Positions 19,950-29,408 of a stretch of DNA of 56,192 nt are shown one piece after another. Both the position numbers and the translations under genes were made by a program. Under the pieces are notes generated by a model, which worked only from the letters and a program-made list of their open reading frames with translations, was not told the DNA's origin and searched no databases. The DNA is from an uncultured Streptomyces sp. (GTDB lineage Bacteria > Actinomycetota > Actinomycetes > Streptomycetales > Streptomycetaceae), in NCBI GenBank assembly GCA_965654005.1, contig CBFHCJ010000001.1:1-56192 (forward strand), read 5' to 3'. Numbering within the stretch: the first letter of the stretch is position 1; every line of letters begins with the position of its first letter.

Positions 19950-20416
19950 CGCCGCATCTTAACTACGGACGGGCGTTGGAGGACTGGGGCGTCACGCAAC
20001 AAGGCGTCGCCCAGGGCAGCGACACGCTGATCCTCGACTCGGCCTGGACAGTCCCTTGAGAGCAGAGCGGCGGCTCGCTGTCGCCTCGGTCGCTGTCCTT
20101 CAGTGGTTCGACGGGTACCGACAGTTCTGCATTACCGAGGGGCCGGCTCCGAAAGCGTTCAGCGCCCGAGACAAGGCCGGCGACGACCGCTCCCGTGATG
20201 AGATTGCCGACCAATGTCGTGCACCAGGTACGCCCAGATCTGGGGCTGGGGATCTCAAGAAGCACCCACGCGCCTCCGCCTGGGGCTGGGGAAGGTCCTG
20301 AGGAGAGCCGCCGGTAGCGCGACTAGCTGTTTGTCGTCGCGCGCGAGGAAGCTTCGCCGTTCAAATTGCTTGAACGCTGCCTCAACGTCCCGGTCATGGG
20401 AGCCGTCTGCTGCTTA

Positions 20417-21269
20417 GACGTCATCTCATTTGGTGAGTCGGCGGTAGCAGATCAGGGTGCAAGCGATGCTGGTGAAAGCCAGGAAGTGCTCGGCTTTGCG
20501 CTCGTAGCGGCGGTGCAACCGGCGGCATCCAGCGAGCCACGACATCGTGCGCTCTATGGTCCAACGGTGACGGCCCAGGCGGGTCGAGGACTCGACGCCC
20601 TTACGGGCGATGCGGTGCCTGATACCGCGCCCGCGTAACCATCGCCGCAGGTGGTCGTAGTCGTAACCCTTGTCGGCGTGGAGCTTTCCCGGTCTGCGCC
20701 GTCGGGGTCCGCGCCGGGAGCGGATCGGCGGTATGCCCTTCACCAGCGGGATCAGCGCCTGGCTGTCGTGCAGGTTCGCTCCCGAGATTCCGGCGGACAG
20801 GGGCAGACCGGTCCGTTCGGTGATCAGGTGGATCTTCGAGCCGTACTTGCCCCGGTCGACAGGATTCGGACCTGTCAGCTCCCCCTTTTCAGGGCCCGCA
20901 TGTTCACCGAGTCGATCGCGCAGCGAGACCAGTCCAGCTCGCCGCGGGCGCCGAGCTCGTCGAGGACCAGGCGATGCAGCTTCGCCCACACTCTGGCCTT
21001 CGACCACTCGGCGAAGCGTCGGTGCGCGGTCGCTCCCGACGGCCCGAACGACGCGGACGGCAGCTGCTGCCACGTGCAGCCCGACGTGGCCACGAACACG
21101 ATCGCCGCCAGCACCTCCCGGTCACCGTGCCGGCGTCGGCCGCCGCCCTGAGGCCGCGATGGAGCCTCTGGGACCACCCGCTGGAACAGCTCCCACAACT
21201 CATCCGGCACCAGCCGCTCAACGATCGAAACCACGACCGACAGCCTACCGATCCAAATGAGATGACGTC
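20417..21269 (-). mobile_element. Intact IS5-family insertion sequence, 853 bp
   Basis: Perfect 17-bp TIRs GACGTCATCTCATTTGG (20417-20433) / CCAAATGAGATGACGTC (21253-21269). TTA duplicated at 20414-20416 and 21270-21272. Confidence 0.93.
20426..21234 (-). CDS. IS5 transposase, two ORFs joined by a probable programmed -1 frameshift
   Basis: ORF-A VPDELWE...AIDSVNMRALK, ORF-B TGPNPVDRGK...HADKGYD...RWTIERTMSW. Slippery AAAAGGGGG at 20881-20889 (minus strand). Confidence 0.9.
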
Positions 21270-22039
21270 TTAGGCGTGCAGTCTGGCGGGGACGGCTGGG
21301 TGGAGTGTGTGGTGGGCGTTGTGCGCGCGGCTTGAATGGCGGCGGTGATGTCGGGGCGGCCGTAGCGGTCGGTGAGGGTGGCGAGGGTGTCGATAAGGTG
21401 GTTCTTGGCGTCGTCGGTCAGGCCTTCGGCGAAGGCGTGGAGCAGGCGTGCCAGTGGCGCCCACTGGCCCTGCGGCGCATACGCGGCTGCCTGAGCGAAC
21501 AGGTTCTCAAGGCGGGTGAGTGTGTTGGTGTCGATGGTTTGTGGTGCGGTGGCGAACCAGTAGGAGAGGGCGAGTGAGGGGTCGCTCATCAGGGTGTCGC
21601 GCAGGGTATGGGCGTGGTCCAGGCGGCGGGTGTGTTCGGCGTGACGCTGTTGGAGGTCGTGCAGGTGTTGTTGGTGGTTGTGCGCGGCCTGGACGGCGCC
21701 GGGTTCTGCGGTGAGGTGGACGTGGCCCCAGAGGAGTCGGATGGGCAATGTGGGTAGGTCGATGGGGCGGCCGAGGACGGTGTTGATGCGGGCAGTGGCC
21801 GGTACGGCGTCGGTGGCGAGGTAGTCGGCGGTGATGGTGCGGGCGATTTCCAGGGCGTGGTCGGCCGCGGCCGCGTGAGGGCTGTGGTGCGGGCGGGGTG
21901 AGGGGAGTTCTTCCCAGGCCCCGGTGAGAGTGAGGGTGAAGGAGTGGCCAGGCAGGGCGGTGGGTGCCGGGCAGGTCAGGTCGAGGGTGCCTGCTCGGGG
22001 TGTGGGCCAGCCGCCGTGTCTACGACGTGGCCGGCGCAT
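21245..22039 (-). CDS. Hypothetical protein (possible SPFH/Band-7-like fold plus coiled coil), 3' end runs into the IS5
   Basis: Beta-rich segment GHSFTLTLTGAW...LLWGHVHLTA followed by a helical region. The last codons lie inside the IS TIR. Confidence 0.5.
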   Translation of the reverse strand: MRRPRRRHGGWPTPRAGTLDLTCPAPTALPGHSFTLTLTGAWEELPSPRPHHSPHAAAADHALEIARTITADYLATDAVPATARINTVLGRPIDLPTLPIRLLWGHVHLTAEPGAVQAAHNHQQHLHDLQQRHAEHTRRLDHAHTLRDTLMSDPSLALSYWFATAPQTIDTNTLTRLENLFAQAAAYAPQGQWAPLARLLHAFAEGLTDDAKNHLIDTLATLTDRYGRPDITAAIQAARTTPTTHSTQPSPPDCTPKTSSHLDR

Positions 22040-24326
22040 GGTGCAGCGTTGCTGGTGCTGTCGGGTCGGCTTCTCGCAGGGCGATGACGAGTGCGTCGCG
22101 CAGTCGGGTGCGTGCGGTGGGCTGTGTGCCGAGGTGCGCGGGTTCCCATCCGTAAGCCATGTGGTTGAGAGTGAGGAAGCGCGGTGCGAGGTAGGTGCGG
22201 TCGGTGTCGGAGCGGAAGACGGCTTCGGTGAACGTCTGCAGGATGACGGGTCGTAGCCGGTCGTGGGTCAATGCACTGTCGAGCCAGGTACTGACTGCGC
22301 GTTGCAGGTCTGGGTCGGCTTCCTTGTCCAGGGCGCAGCGCCATCCAGTGAGGGCGAACGGGCCGGTTTCGCTGCCGGCTCGGGCCAGGAGGAGGGGGGT
22401 GCCGTCCATGGTGGTGCGGCCGGCGAGGTGGAGGAATGTGCGGCGGGCGGCTGCGGTGGAGTGGGGCTGGGAGGCGGCGAACCAGGTGGTGAGGGTGGTT
22501 CGGATGGTGTCCTGGTGGGCGGGCTGGTCCCACAGTTCGGTCAGGGCGTCTCCGACTGCATCCGTGACGGCTTGGTGGGTGGTGTGGGCAGCGAGTTCGG
22601 CCAGTCGTTTGAGGGCGATCTGGGGGTAGGCGTGGCCGAGTTGGGCCAGGGCGTCGGCGAGGGCCTGTTTGAGGATGATGGGGGTGCTGCCCCGGTGCAT
22701 GGGTTCGTCCGTGTCGGGGGCCTTGGCCCAGGCGAGGTACTGGGCGCGGGCACGTTTGCCGGCGGTGGGGTCGATGGCTGCGGCAACCAGCAAGTCCGTG
22801 GCCTTGCCGCGCAGGTTGCGGGTCTTGGCCCAGTGGGTGGCGATTGCGCGCAGGACGGTGAAGCTCTGCTTGGCAAGGGTGTAGCGGGTGGCCCACTGGG
22901 CGACGCGCTCGGCCAGGGGAACGCCGAGGTCGGGTGGCAGTGATGCGGCCTGTTCGGCGGTCCAGCGGGTGAACGCGGCCACGTGGTGAGGGCGGTCGAC
23001 CCAGAAGTAGTCGACGACTGCCTCGGCGTAGCCGGGTTTGAGGAAGTGGATGCGGTCGTCGTCACCGAGTTCCGCGCCGATGGTGTGAGTGAGTTCGATG
23101 ATGCCGGGGCCCTGCTGTCCGCAAACGGCAGTCGGGGTGTCGTCGAGTGCCTCGCCGAGTGTGGTCTGGGCTTCATAGATGGCCTCGGCAGGCGCGCCGT
23201 CGAGGGCGGCCGCGGCAAGCAGGTAGTTACGGTGGGCGCTGTTGGGATGATCGGTGTGCCAGGTGCGCAGTACGGTGCGCCAGTTGTGGGTGGATTGGAT
23301 GACGGCTTCGACAAGCTCCTTGAAGGGTTTGGGCTCGCCGGTGGAGTCGTCGAGGCTGACCGCGGTGATGATGACGCGGGCGAGTCGTGCGGCCTCGGCT
23401 GGTGTGGCTTGGTGGAGCTGTCTGGTGATGGCCTCGTCGGCACACCACTTCTCCAGGTCGCGGACGGGCGGCCGGTGTCGTTCCAGGTGGGTGTGGAGCA
23501 CGTCGAGAGCGGCAGGCGGGGCAAGGAAGTGGGCCAGTTCGGTGGCTTCGCCCGCGACCGTCATCCATGTGTCGGTGTGGGTGACCACGACGACGTAGGA
23601 CCGCATGGCGCGCAGGTGGTCGGCCGCTTCGCGCAGGTGGAGCCCGAATCCTGGGCGCAGTGTTTCTTCTTCGTCTCTCAGATCCAGGATCCAGCCGGTG
23701 TCCTCGTCTTTGAGGCCTTCGAGTTCGACCCGCTCATTGGGTTCGCGGCGGACTTGCCGGATGTCTTTGACCCGCTGGTGGGTGAGTGTGTGCAGGGCGG
23801 TGGTGTAGCGGCCGGTGCCGGCGGTGCTGTGGATGACGGCGGCCCGGTGTACATCGAGGAGTGCGTCGATGGCTTTCGTCGCCTGGTCGTCGGGCAGGTA
23901 GGGGTGGAGGCGGGCCTTGATCCAGTCGTCGGGCAGAGGTGTTCCCCGAAGGCGTTGGATCTCATTGATGTTCTGGACTGCGACGGCTGTTCCGTAGTTG
24001 TTGCCGACGTTCTGCACGGTGCTCGCGCCGTCGTCCGGGACTGTGCCGGGTGGCGTCGTGTGCAGGGCGGGAACGTCAGTGGTGGGGCTGACCAGTCCGG
24101 GCAGCGTGGCGGCGGGTGAGGTGCTGTCGCTGTTGTCTGGAGAGTCGGGGGTCTGTGGCCGGGCGTCAGTGACGGGAGTATGGGCGGACGGCTGGCTCCC
24201 GCTCTGGGGCTCCGTGTGTGCTTCGTGACCAGAAGACGGCTGGGTGGCCGAGGCGAGCTCGGAAGCGTCGTGGGGCGCGGACATGGTCGGCGCGGCGTCC
24301 TGTTCGGCAGGTTCGGGTACTGGCAC
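22020..24326 (-). CDS. Degenerate STAND-like P-loop protein with helical-repeat C-terminus
   Basis: Degenerate Walker A STAGTGRYTTA and Walker-B-like WILDL. Disordered N-terminus with Q/N-rich STVQNVGNNYGTAVAVQNINE. Confidence 0.6.
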   Translation of the reverse strand: MPVPEPAEQDAAPTMSAPHDASELASATQPSSGHEAHTEPQSGSQPSAHTPVTDARPQTPDSPDNSDSTSPAATLPGLVSPTTDVPALHTTPPGTVPDDGASTVQNVGNNYGTAVAVQNINEIQRLRGTPLPDDWIKARLHPYLPDDQATKAIDALLDVHRAAVIHSTAGTGRYTTALHTLTHQRVKDIRQVRREPNERVELEGLKDEDTGWILDLRDEEETLRPGFGLHLREAADHLRAMRSYVVVVTHTDTWMTVAGEATELAHFLAPPAALDVLHTHLERHRPPVRDLEKWCADEAITRQLHQATPAEAARLARVIITAVSLDDSTGEPKPFKELVEAVIQSTHNWRTVLRTWHTDHPNSAHRNYLLAAAALDGAPAEAIYEAQTTLGEALDDTPTAVCGQQGPGIIELTHTIGAELGDDDRIHFLKPGYAEAVVDYFWVDRPHHVAAFTRWTAEQAASLPPDLGVPLAERVAQWATRYTLAKQSFTVLRAIATHWAKTRNLRGKATDLLVAAAIDPTAGKRARAQYLAWAKAPDTDEPMHRGSTPIILKQALADALAQLGHAYPQIALKRLAELAAHTTHQAVTDAVGDALTELWDQPAHQDTIRTTLTTWFAASQPHSTAAARRTFLHLAGRTTMDGTPLLLARAGSETGPFALTGWRCALDKEADPDLQRAVSTWLDSALTHDRLRPVILQTFTEAVFRSDTDRTYLAPRFLTLNHMAYGWEPAHLGTQPTARTRLRDALVIALREADPTAPATLHHAPATS

Positions 24327-24401
24327 GGATCAGCCCTTCAAAGCGGTCGGGTGTGCCGCGGCACGGACGCACAGGCACATGTTGGCTGGGCGGTTGCCGT
24401 G

Positions 24402-24926
24402 TTACTGCCGGGTGATCCGCCTGCCCCTCATACCGATGAGCTTGCCTCCGGCCTCGACCGTGTCCACGTCCTGGATGACGCGGGAGTTCCCGGCGATGAC
24501 ATCGCTGTCCATACCCGTGGCCTCGCCAGTGACGGTCTTGACTGTCTGGTGGACGAACGGGCCGGAGGCGGGCCGGTCTTCGCCCTCGAAGGTCAGGTGC
24601 TGGCGGTAGATGTCCTCCAGAGCGGTGCGGGCGCGGGCCAGGTTTCGCAAGAGCTTGTGATCGGAGGTGCGTACCTGGACGGTGCCGTCGGCGTAGTCGG
24701 CGAGGGCTTCCTGCAGCAGTTCCAGTTCGCCTCGCCGGGCCTGCAGCACGTCTTCGGACGGCTCCAGCGGCAGTTGAAGCGTTCCCACAAGGCCGGCGGG
24801 CATGATGACGTCCGTCTCGGGCTCAGATCCGCGTGAGGTGAGCAGACGATCCAGGCGCTGGAAGAGGAACGTCAAGGTGGCGGGCAGGACGGAACTGATC
24901 ACAGCGATCTCAGCCGGATCCGGCAT
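24402..24926 (-). CDS. Small helical protein with C-terminal beta-strand pseudo-repeats
   Basis: GGGGGAG RBS. Repeats VHQTVKTVTGEATGM / VIQDVDTVEAGGKLIGM. Confidence 0.65.
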   Translation of the reverse strand: MPDPAEIAVISSVLPATLTFLFQRLDRLLTSRGSEPETDVIMPAGLVGTLQLPLEPSEDVLQARRGELELLQEALADYADGTVQVRTSDHKLLRNLARARTALEDIYRQHLTFEGEDRPASGPFVHQTVKTVTGEATGMDSDVIAGNSRVIQDVDTVEAGGKLIGMRGRRITRQ

Positions 24927-25089
24927 GCTGAACTCCCCCGGGCTTCAGAATGAAGGACCGTCCGATTCTTTCCGACACCGGGCAAGACCGAGGGGCCTTT
25001 CGGGAAGACGGCAAAAAAGGCACTCCCCACTCGCCCCTTCCGCCTGTTCGGCTGGATTTCGACGACTATATATTCGGCCAGATGTCCGG

Positions 25090-25302
25090 TCAGTGGGGGT
25101 CCCTTTCACGCTGGTCCGGTGCGGCCAGGGGCGCGTGCCCGTGCTGCCGGTAGGGGGCTTCTTCGGGGAATCGTTCCACTCGGGCTTGCCTGTAGGCCAC
25201 GTCGAATGACGTCGTGTCACTGCTCCTCATGGACCGCCGAAGAGCTCGCCAGCTCGTGACGGGATCGAGAATGCAGCGCAGCAGATGAAGTCGCATTAAC
25301 AA
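25090..25302 (-). CDS. Possible small hypothetical protein
   Basis: 70-aa ORF upstream of and co-oriented with the operon; weak support. Confidence 0.3.
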   Translation of the reverse strand: MLMRLHLLRCILDPVTSWRALRRSMRSSDTTSFDVAYRQARVERFPEEAPYRQHGHAPLAAPDQRERDPH

Positions 25303-25905
25303 AGCGTCCCCACGCCCTGGGTGTCAGGCGGACTGTTCCCGGCATCCGTAAACGGAATGACAATCTCGCAGGAGTTTTCCGCCACCCAGTCCTGCGATCT
25401 CACGTGAATTTCGAGTCACATGATTCTGTTGTTGTTGAAGGGATTTGGATGTCCCGGGTCGGATGCAGTGCATTTCGGCCACGGGGCCGGGTGGGTTGAG
25501 GTGTCGTCTGGTGACGGGTCGCCCGGACGATTGGTCCCGGGTGGAGGGACAGGGGCTGCCGCCCTTCAGCCGGTGTGCGGAGGTGAGGGATGGGTGGTCG
25601 GGGGCCGCCGCCACAGAACGGTTCTACTCATGAGGGGCGGTGATGCCGGTGATGTCGCCGCCCCAGTTGCTCGGGTTGTACTGCAGAGTGACCCGCCAGC
25701 GGTGGTCGGTGAGGCGCTGCTGCTCGGCGGCGATGGCTGCCCCGAGGGTGGTCAGCCCTGGGTCGAGGGCGACTGCTCGGCGACGCCACGTTCAGCCTGA
25801 CGCCGGCGGACCCCGCTGCGCCAGGGCGATCGGGACGTTCATCCCACAGATACCGACATCGCGACGGGCCTGCCCAGTGCTCGCACCCCCGGTTCGACGC
25901 AGGGC

Positions 25906-27453
25906 CTACCCGGGCGCGGCACAAGTGGCTGGGACGCGTTCCGCCGCACCCGCGGGGGCGGGGTGCGCACCCGGATCGATCCGCACGGATGCCCCGGGGG
26001 ATCCGTCCGGATGGTCATGAACCCAGGACAGGCCGCCGATGTCGAGCCGGTGGCGGGTCCGGGTGACGGCGACGTAGGCGAGGCGAGCCTCGCCCTCGTC
26101 GATGGGACCGGGCACCGGGCGGCCGGTGGCGTCCTGCTGGTCGCCGTCCTTGGGCGGGGTGAAGTCGTCGGCGATCTTCACGCCGGCCCATTCGCGGCCC
26201 TTGGCCTTGTGGGCGGTGGAGACGGTGACGTCGGCCTGCTGTTCGGGGACGAGTTGGTCGACCGCGGTCAGGATGGCGTCCGTGCCGTGGGTGTCGACCA
26301 GGTCGACGAACGGCTGCAGGTCGCGTCCGGCCGGATCGTGGGCGGCGTAGTCCTGCAGCTCGCCCCAGGAGGGGAACAGGAGCAGTTCGGGGTGGGTGGT
26401 GCGGTGGCCTTCTTTGAGGTCGCGGGCGGCCAGGGCCAGAACGCGCAGGCCGTCTCCTCCCCCGGCCAGTCCCACCCGGTGTCCGGCGGACAGCAGGTCC
26501 ATCGCCTGGGCCATGGCGCCGACGTTGGTGCGGCACAGCACCGCGTCAGGCCGGGTGAGGGGGCCGAGTTCGGTGGGCACCGTCTGGGTTCCGGTGAGGC
26601 GGATCGGGGCGTCGGCGATGTGCAGCCAGCGGTTGGCCTCTTCGGCCAGCAGCGGGCCGAAGCGGAAGGACTGCGACAGGGCAAGCTGGGTGCCGTCGAA
26701 GCCGGTCATGACGTCCTTGGCGCCCCGCCACTGGTAGATGGCCTGGGCGGAGTCGCCGACCATGACCAACTGGGCGTGCTCGCGCTGGGCGAGGAAGATC
26801 TGTTCGACGACGGGGTTGGTGTCCTGGGCTTCGTCCAGCAGGAGGAAATCGGCGTCGATCCTGGGCCCTGTGAGAGCCCAGATCTTCAGGTAGTGGTCGT
26901 GGTCGAAGCGGACCGCGCCCTCCTCGGGGTGTTGCAGATCGGCCCAGGCCTTGCGGGCGAACGGCACCACGTGCCGGGCGAGTTGGGTGTGCAGGTCGGC
27001 CTCTTCCAGGCCGCGCAGGCGCGGGACGTGGTGGCGGGTGATGGCGGGGTCAGCGGTGTGGCAGAAGCGGGCCACGGTGCGCAAGGTGGCGTAGGACAGG
27101 GCCTTGGGTGACAGGTCGCGTTCGCCGATGCGGATTGCTTTTGTGATGCCGAGAGCCTGTCCGGTCTGCCAGGCCGGGCGGCGCGGCGCGCCCAGTCGGC
27201 GGGTGTAGCGGTGGCCGACGGCGGCGTAGGCCAGGGCGTGGGCGGTCTTGCACCAGACGTTGGCGGGGAAGCGGGCGCGCGCGTCCTGGGCGATGGCCCG
27301 GTTGTAGGCGAGGTAGCGGCCGCGGCGCTGGGTGGTGTGGGCGAGGAGGGCCAGGGTGGTGGTCTTGCCGGTGCCTGCGCCGGCCTGCAGGGCCAGGTGC
27401 TCGCCTGCGTGGAAGGCGTCGGCCGCGGCGCTCTGTTCGTCGGTCGGATTCAC
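25906..27453 (-). CDS. UvrD-like SF1 helicase
   Basis: AGAGTGKT, LDEAQD, GDSAQAIY, SFRF, TAHKAKGREW, YVAVTR. Confidence 0.92.
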   Translation of the reverse strand: MNPTDEQSAAADAFHAGEHLALQAGAGTGKTTTLALLAHTTQRRGRYLAYNRAIAQDARARFPANVWCKTAHALAYAAVGHRYTRRLGAPRRPAWQTGQALGITKAIRIGERDLSPKALSYATLRTVARFCHTADPAITRHHVPRLRGLEEADLHTQLARHVVPFARKAWADLQHPEEGAVRFDHDHYLKIWALTGPRIDADFLLLDEAQDTNPVVEQIFLAQREHAQLVMVGDSAQAIYQWRGAKDVMTGFDGTQLALSQSFRFGPLLAEEANRWLHIADAPIRLTGTQTVPTELGPLTRPDAVLCRTNVGAMAQAMDLLSAGHRVGLAGGGDGLRVLALAARDLKEGHRTTHPELLLFPSWGELQDYAAHDPAGRDLQPFVDLVDTHGTDAILTAVDQLVPEQQADVTVSTAHKAKGREWAGVKIADDFTPPKDGDQQDATGRPVPGPIDEGEARLAYVAVTRTRHRLDIGGLSWVHDHPDGSPGASVRIDPGAHPAPAGAAERVPATCAAPG

Positions 27454-27929
27454 TGCGGGGCTCCGGGGATGTGGGTGAGGGCACGTCCGACGGCCGCCAG
27501 CAGGTGGGCGGGCAGTGTGCCGGCGAGCAGGTCCAGGATCGCCCGGTCGAGGCGGGCGGCCTCGACGTCGGTGTGCCGGTCCAGGGCGCGGTGGATGGCG
27601 TGCCGGATTAAGAGTTCCGGGGGCTGTCCCGTGCGGTGGGCGGTGTCGCAGATGGCGGCGTGTACGGCGGGCGGGAAGTCGATGTTGAGCAGGATCTGCC
27701 CGTCCGTGTCCGGGTAGTGCGTGGTGATCACGTCCACCGGTAGTCGTGCCCCGACACGGTGGCGCAGACGGTGCGCGGCCCGGCCGGGCGTCTTGGCGCG
27801 CACGAGGGTCATGAGGCGGGTGGCGTCATGGTTGGTCGCGAGCGGCAACAACCGGGCAGCGTGGTGGAGTTCGGCCGCCGTCAGCGGCCTCGTCAGGGCG
27901 ACTTCGAGGGCATGGTGCGCCACCGTCAC
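27450..27929 (-). CDS. Hypothetical protein with possible ribbon-helix-helix region
   Basis: GTGA overlaps with both neighbours. LNIDFPPAVHAAICDTAHRTGQPPELLIRHAI resembles an RHH. Confidence 0.6.
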   Translation of the reverse strand: MTVAHHALEVALTRPLTAAELHHAARLLPLATNHDATRLMTLVRAKTPGRAAHRLRHRVGARLPVDVITTHYPDTDGQILLNIDFPPAVHAAICDTAHRTGQPPELLIRHAIHRALDRHTDVEAARLDRAILDLLAGTLPAHLLAAVGRALTHIPGAPQ

Positions 27930-28795
27930 GCCTCCCGTCGGTGGTTGGGCGCGGCGTGTGGGAGGCGGGTGTGGATGTGCGCCGCGTGCAGGAGGGGGTC
28001 GAAGACCTGCCAGTCGGCCAGGGCGAGGTCAGCGGCGCCGGGGGCCGCGGCGTGGGCGGGGCAGCGCTGGGTGCGCCAGCGCAGCTGTTCCGCGTACGGC
28101 AGGCGGCTGAGGTCGTAGACGGCCATCAGGGTGGCGGGCAGGGTCACCTGGCCGCACTGCGGGCCGGCGGGCAGCAGGGTCCAGCGACCTGCGGCCGTGT
28201 GAGCAGCGAGCACGGGCTGGGGGCAGCGGCGGCGCTGGCGGGTCTGGGCCACGCACCGGATCTCCTCCAGCGGCCGGTCGGCGAGATAGCGGCCCAGCAG
28301 GAGTTGCACCACGGCCCGGGCGGGACGGCGGGAGTCGGCGGCCTGCTCCTCGCAGGCGGGGTCGGACGGGGCAGGCGGGGTGAAGGCGCCGGTGTCGATC
28401 AGTCGGCGGGAGCGGACGGCAAGCTGGCGGCGTACCGCCTCGACGTGCGGGCTCAGCTGGACGGTTGCCGGTACGGAGCGGCCGGGACACAGCACGGTGT
28501 GCGGGATGCGGCACCAGGCGCTGCCGTCTGCGTGGGGGTGGGCGATGCCGCAGCTCAGGTGCCAGCGGCAGGACTCGGGGATCTGAGCGGTGGCCAGTTC
28601 GTCGGGGTGCAGGGCGATGGGCCGCTGGTCGCTGCAAAGGTAGACGTCGATGCGGTTGCCGCACAGGCGGCAGCGGACGCTCTGGCCACAGCGCAGCAGG
28701 CGGCTGGGGCTGGTTGCGGCCACCCGCAGCGGGCGGCGGGCGCGGGTGGTGCGGGGGCTGCCGTCCCAGTGGCGGCTGGTGGTGTTGGGGCACAT
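27926..28795 (-). CDS. DUF6083-like Cys/His-rich protein
   Basis: CRLCGNRI...IALHP...WCRIPHTVLCP, CVAQTRQRRRC, QRCPAH. Confidence 0.7.
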   Translation of the reverse strand: MCPNTTSRHWDGSPRTTRARRPLRVAATSPSRLLRCGQSVRCRLCGNRIDVYLCSDQRPIALHPDELATAQIPESCRWHLSCGIAHPHADGSAWCRIPHTVLCPGRSVPATVQLSPHVEAVRRQLAVRSRRLIDTGAFTPPAPSDPACEEQAADSRRPARAVVQLLLGRYLADRPLEEIRCVAQTRQRRRCPQPVLAAHTAAGRWTLLPAGPQCGQVTLPATLMAVYDLSRLPYAEQLRWRTQRCPAHAAAPGAADLALADWQVFDPLLHAAHIHTRLPHAAPNHRREA

Positions 28796-28951
28796 GGACC
28801 GGACCGTGCCAGGCAGCGCGCCGAAGCGGCGGGGACGGCGGAGGCGCGTCCCCCGGTCAGCCCATCCGGGACGAACATGCATGCGAGTTGCCGATTGACC
28901 GTTCGGCGCCTGCTCGCCGGTTCGGGTGATTCATGGGCGGGCTCGGCGGGG

Positions 28952-29215
28952 TCAGGAGCCCTTCGCCCCGGGCGGGGTGTGGTCGTCGCAGAGGGTGCCC
29001 AGCAGGTGCTCGATGGGGACGTCGAAGGCGTGAGCGAGGGCGTGCCAGGTGGTGACGCTGCCGGTGGTGCGGCCGTGCTCCAGGTCGATTAGGGTGCGGC
29101 GGGCCAGGCCGCTGCGGTCGGCGAGTTCGTCGAAGGTCCAGCCGCGCTCGCCCCGCAGGCGCGCGAGTTCGACGCGCAGCGCGGTGAGGTCGGGATCGGG
29201 CGGCAAGATCGTCAC
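28952..29215 (-). CDS. XRE-family HTH regulator
   Basis: LARLRGERGWTFDELADRSGLARRTLIDLEHG. Confidence 0.88.
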   Translation of the reverse strand: MTILPPDPDLTALRVELARLRGERGWTFDELADRSGLARRTLIDLEHGRTTGSVTTWHALAHAFDVPIEHLLGTLCDDHTPPGAKGS

Positions 29216-29228
29216 CCCACCATCCGAC

Positions 29229-29324
29229 GGTGCAGGACCCTGCCCTGTCAGTGCAGACCTCTGCACTATTTCTGCAGGTGGACGCCGCGGCCGCCGGCAC
29301 TGCACGAGTGCAGAGATCTGCACT
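29229..29324. promoter_or_regulatory. Palindromic operators AGTGCAGA-NN-TCTGCACT in the divergent promoter
   Basis: Perfect-arm copies at 29250-29267 and 29307-29324, and a degenerate copy GGTGCAGGACCCTGCCCT at 29229-29246. Confidence 0.75.
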
Positions 29325-29408
29325 ACGGTGCGGCCGACTCCCGCGCTCGCCTGACCGGGAGGACGCCACACCTCGCCGACGCTGAGCAGATGGGAGGGCA
29401 CCGAGCCG

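Noticed and set aside
19963-20413. Short ORFs between the Fic gene and the IS5
   Set aside because: No motif, RBS or consistent codon bias; probably degraded sequence
25322-25420. TGTCAGG and GATCTCACG matches as a second transposon end
   Set aside because: Only two cores, with orientation and spacing inconsistent with the 55205 end. More likely a promoter with a TCGCAGGA/TCCTGCGA inverted repeat.
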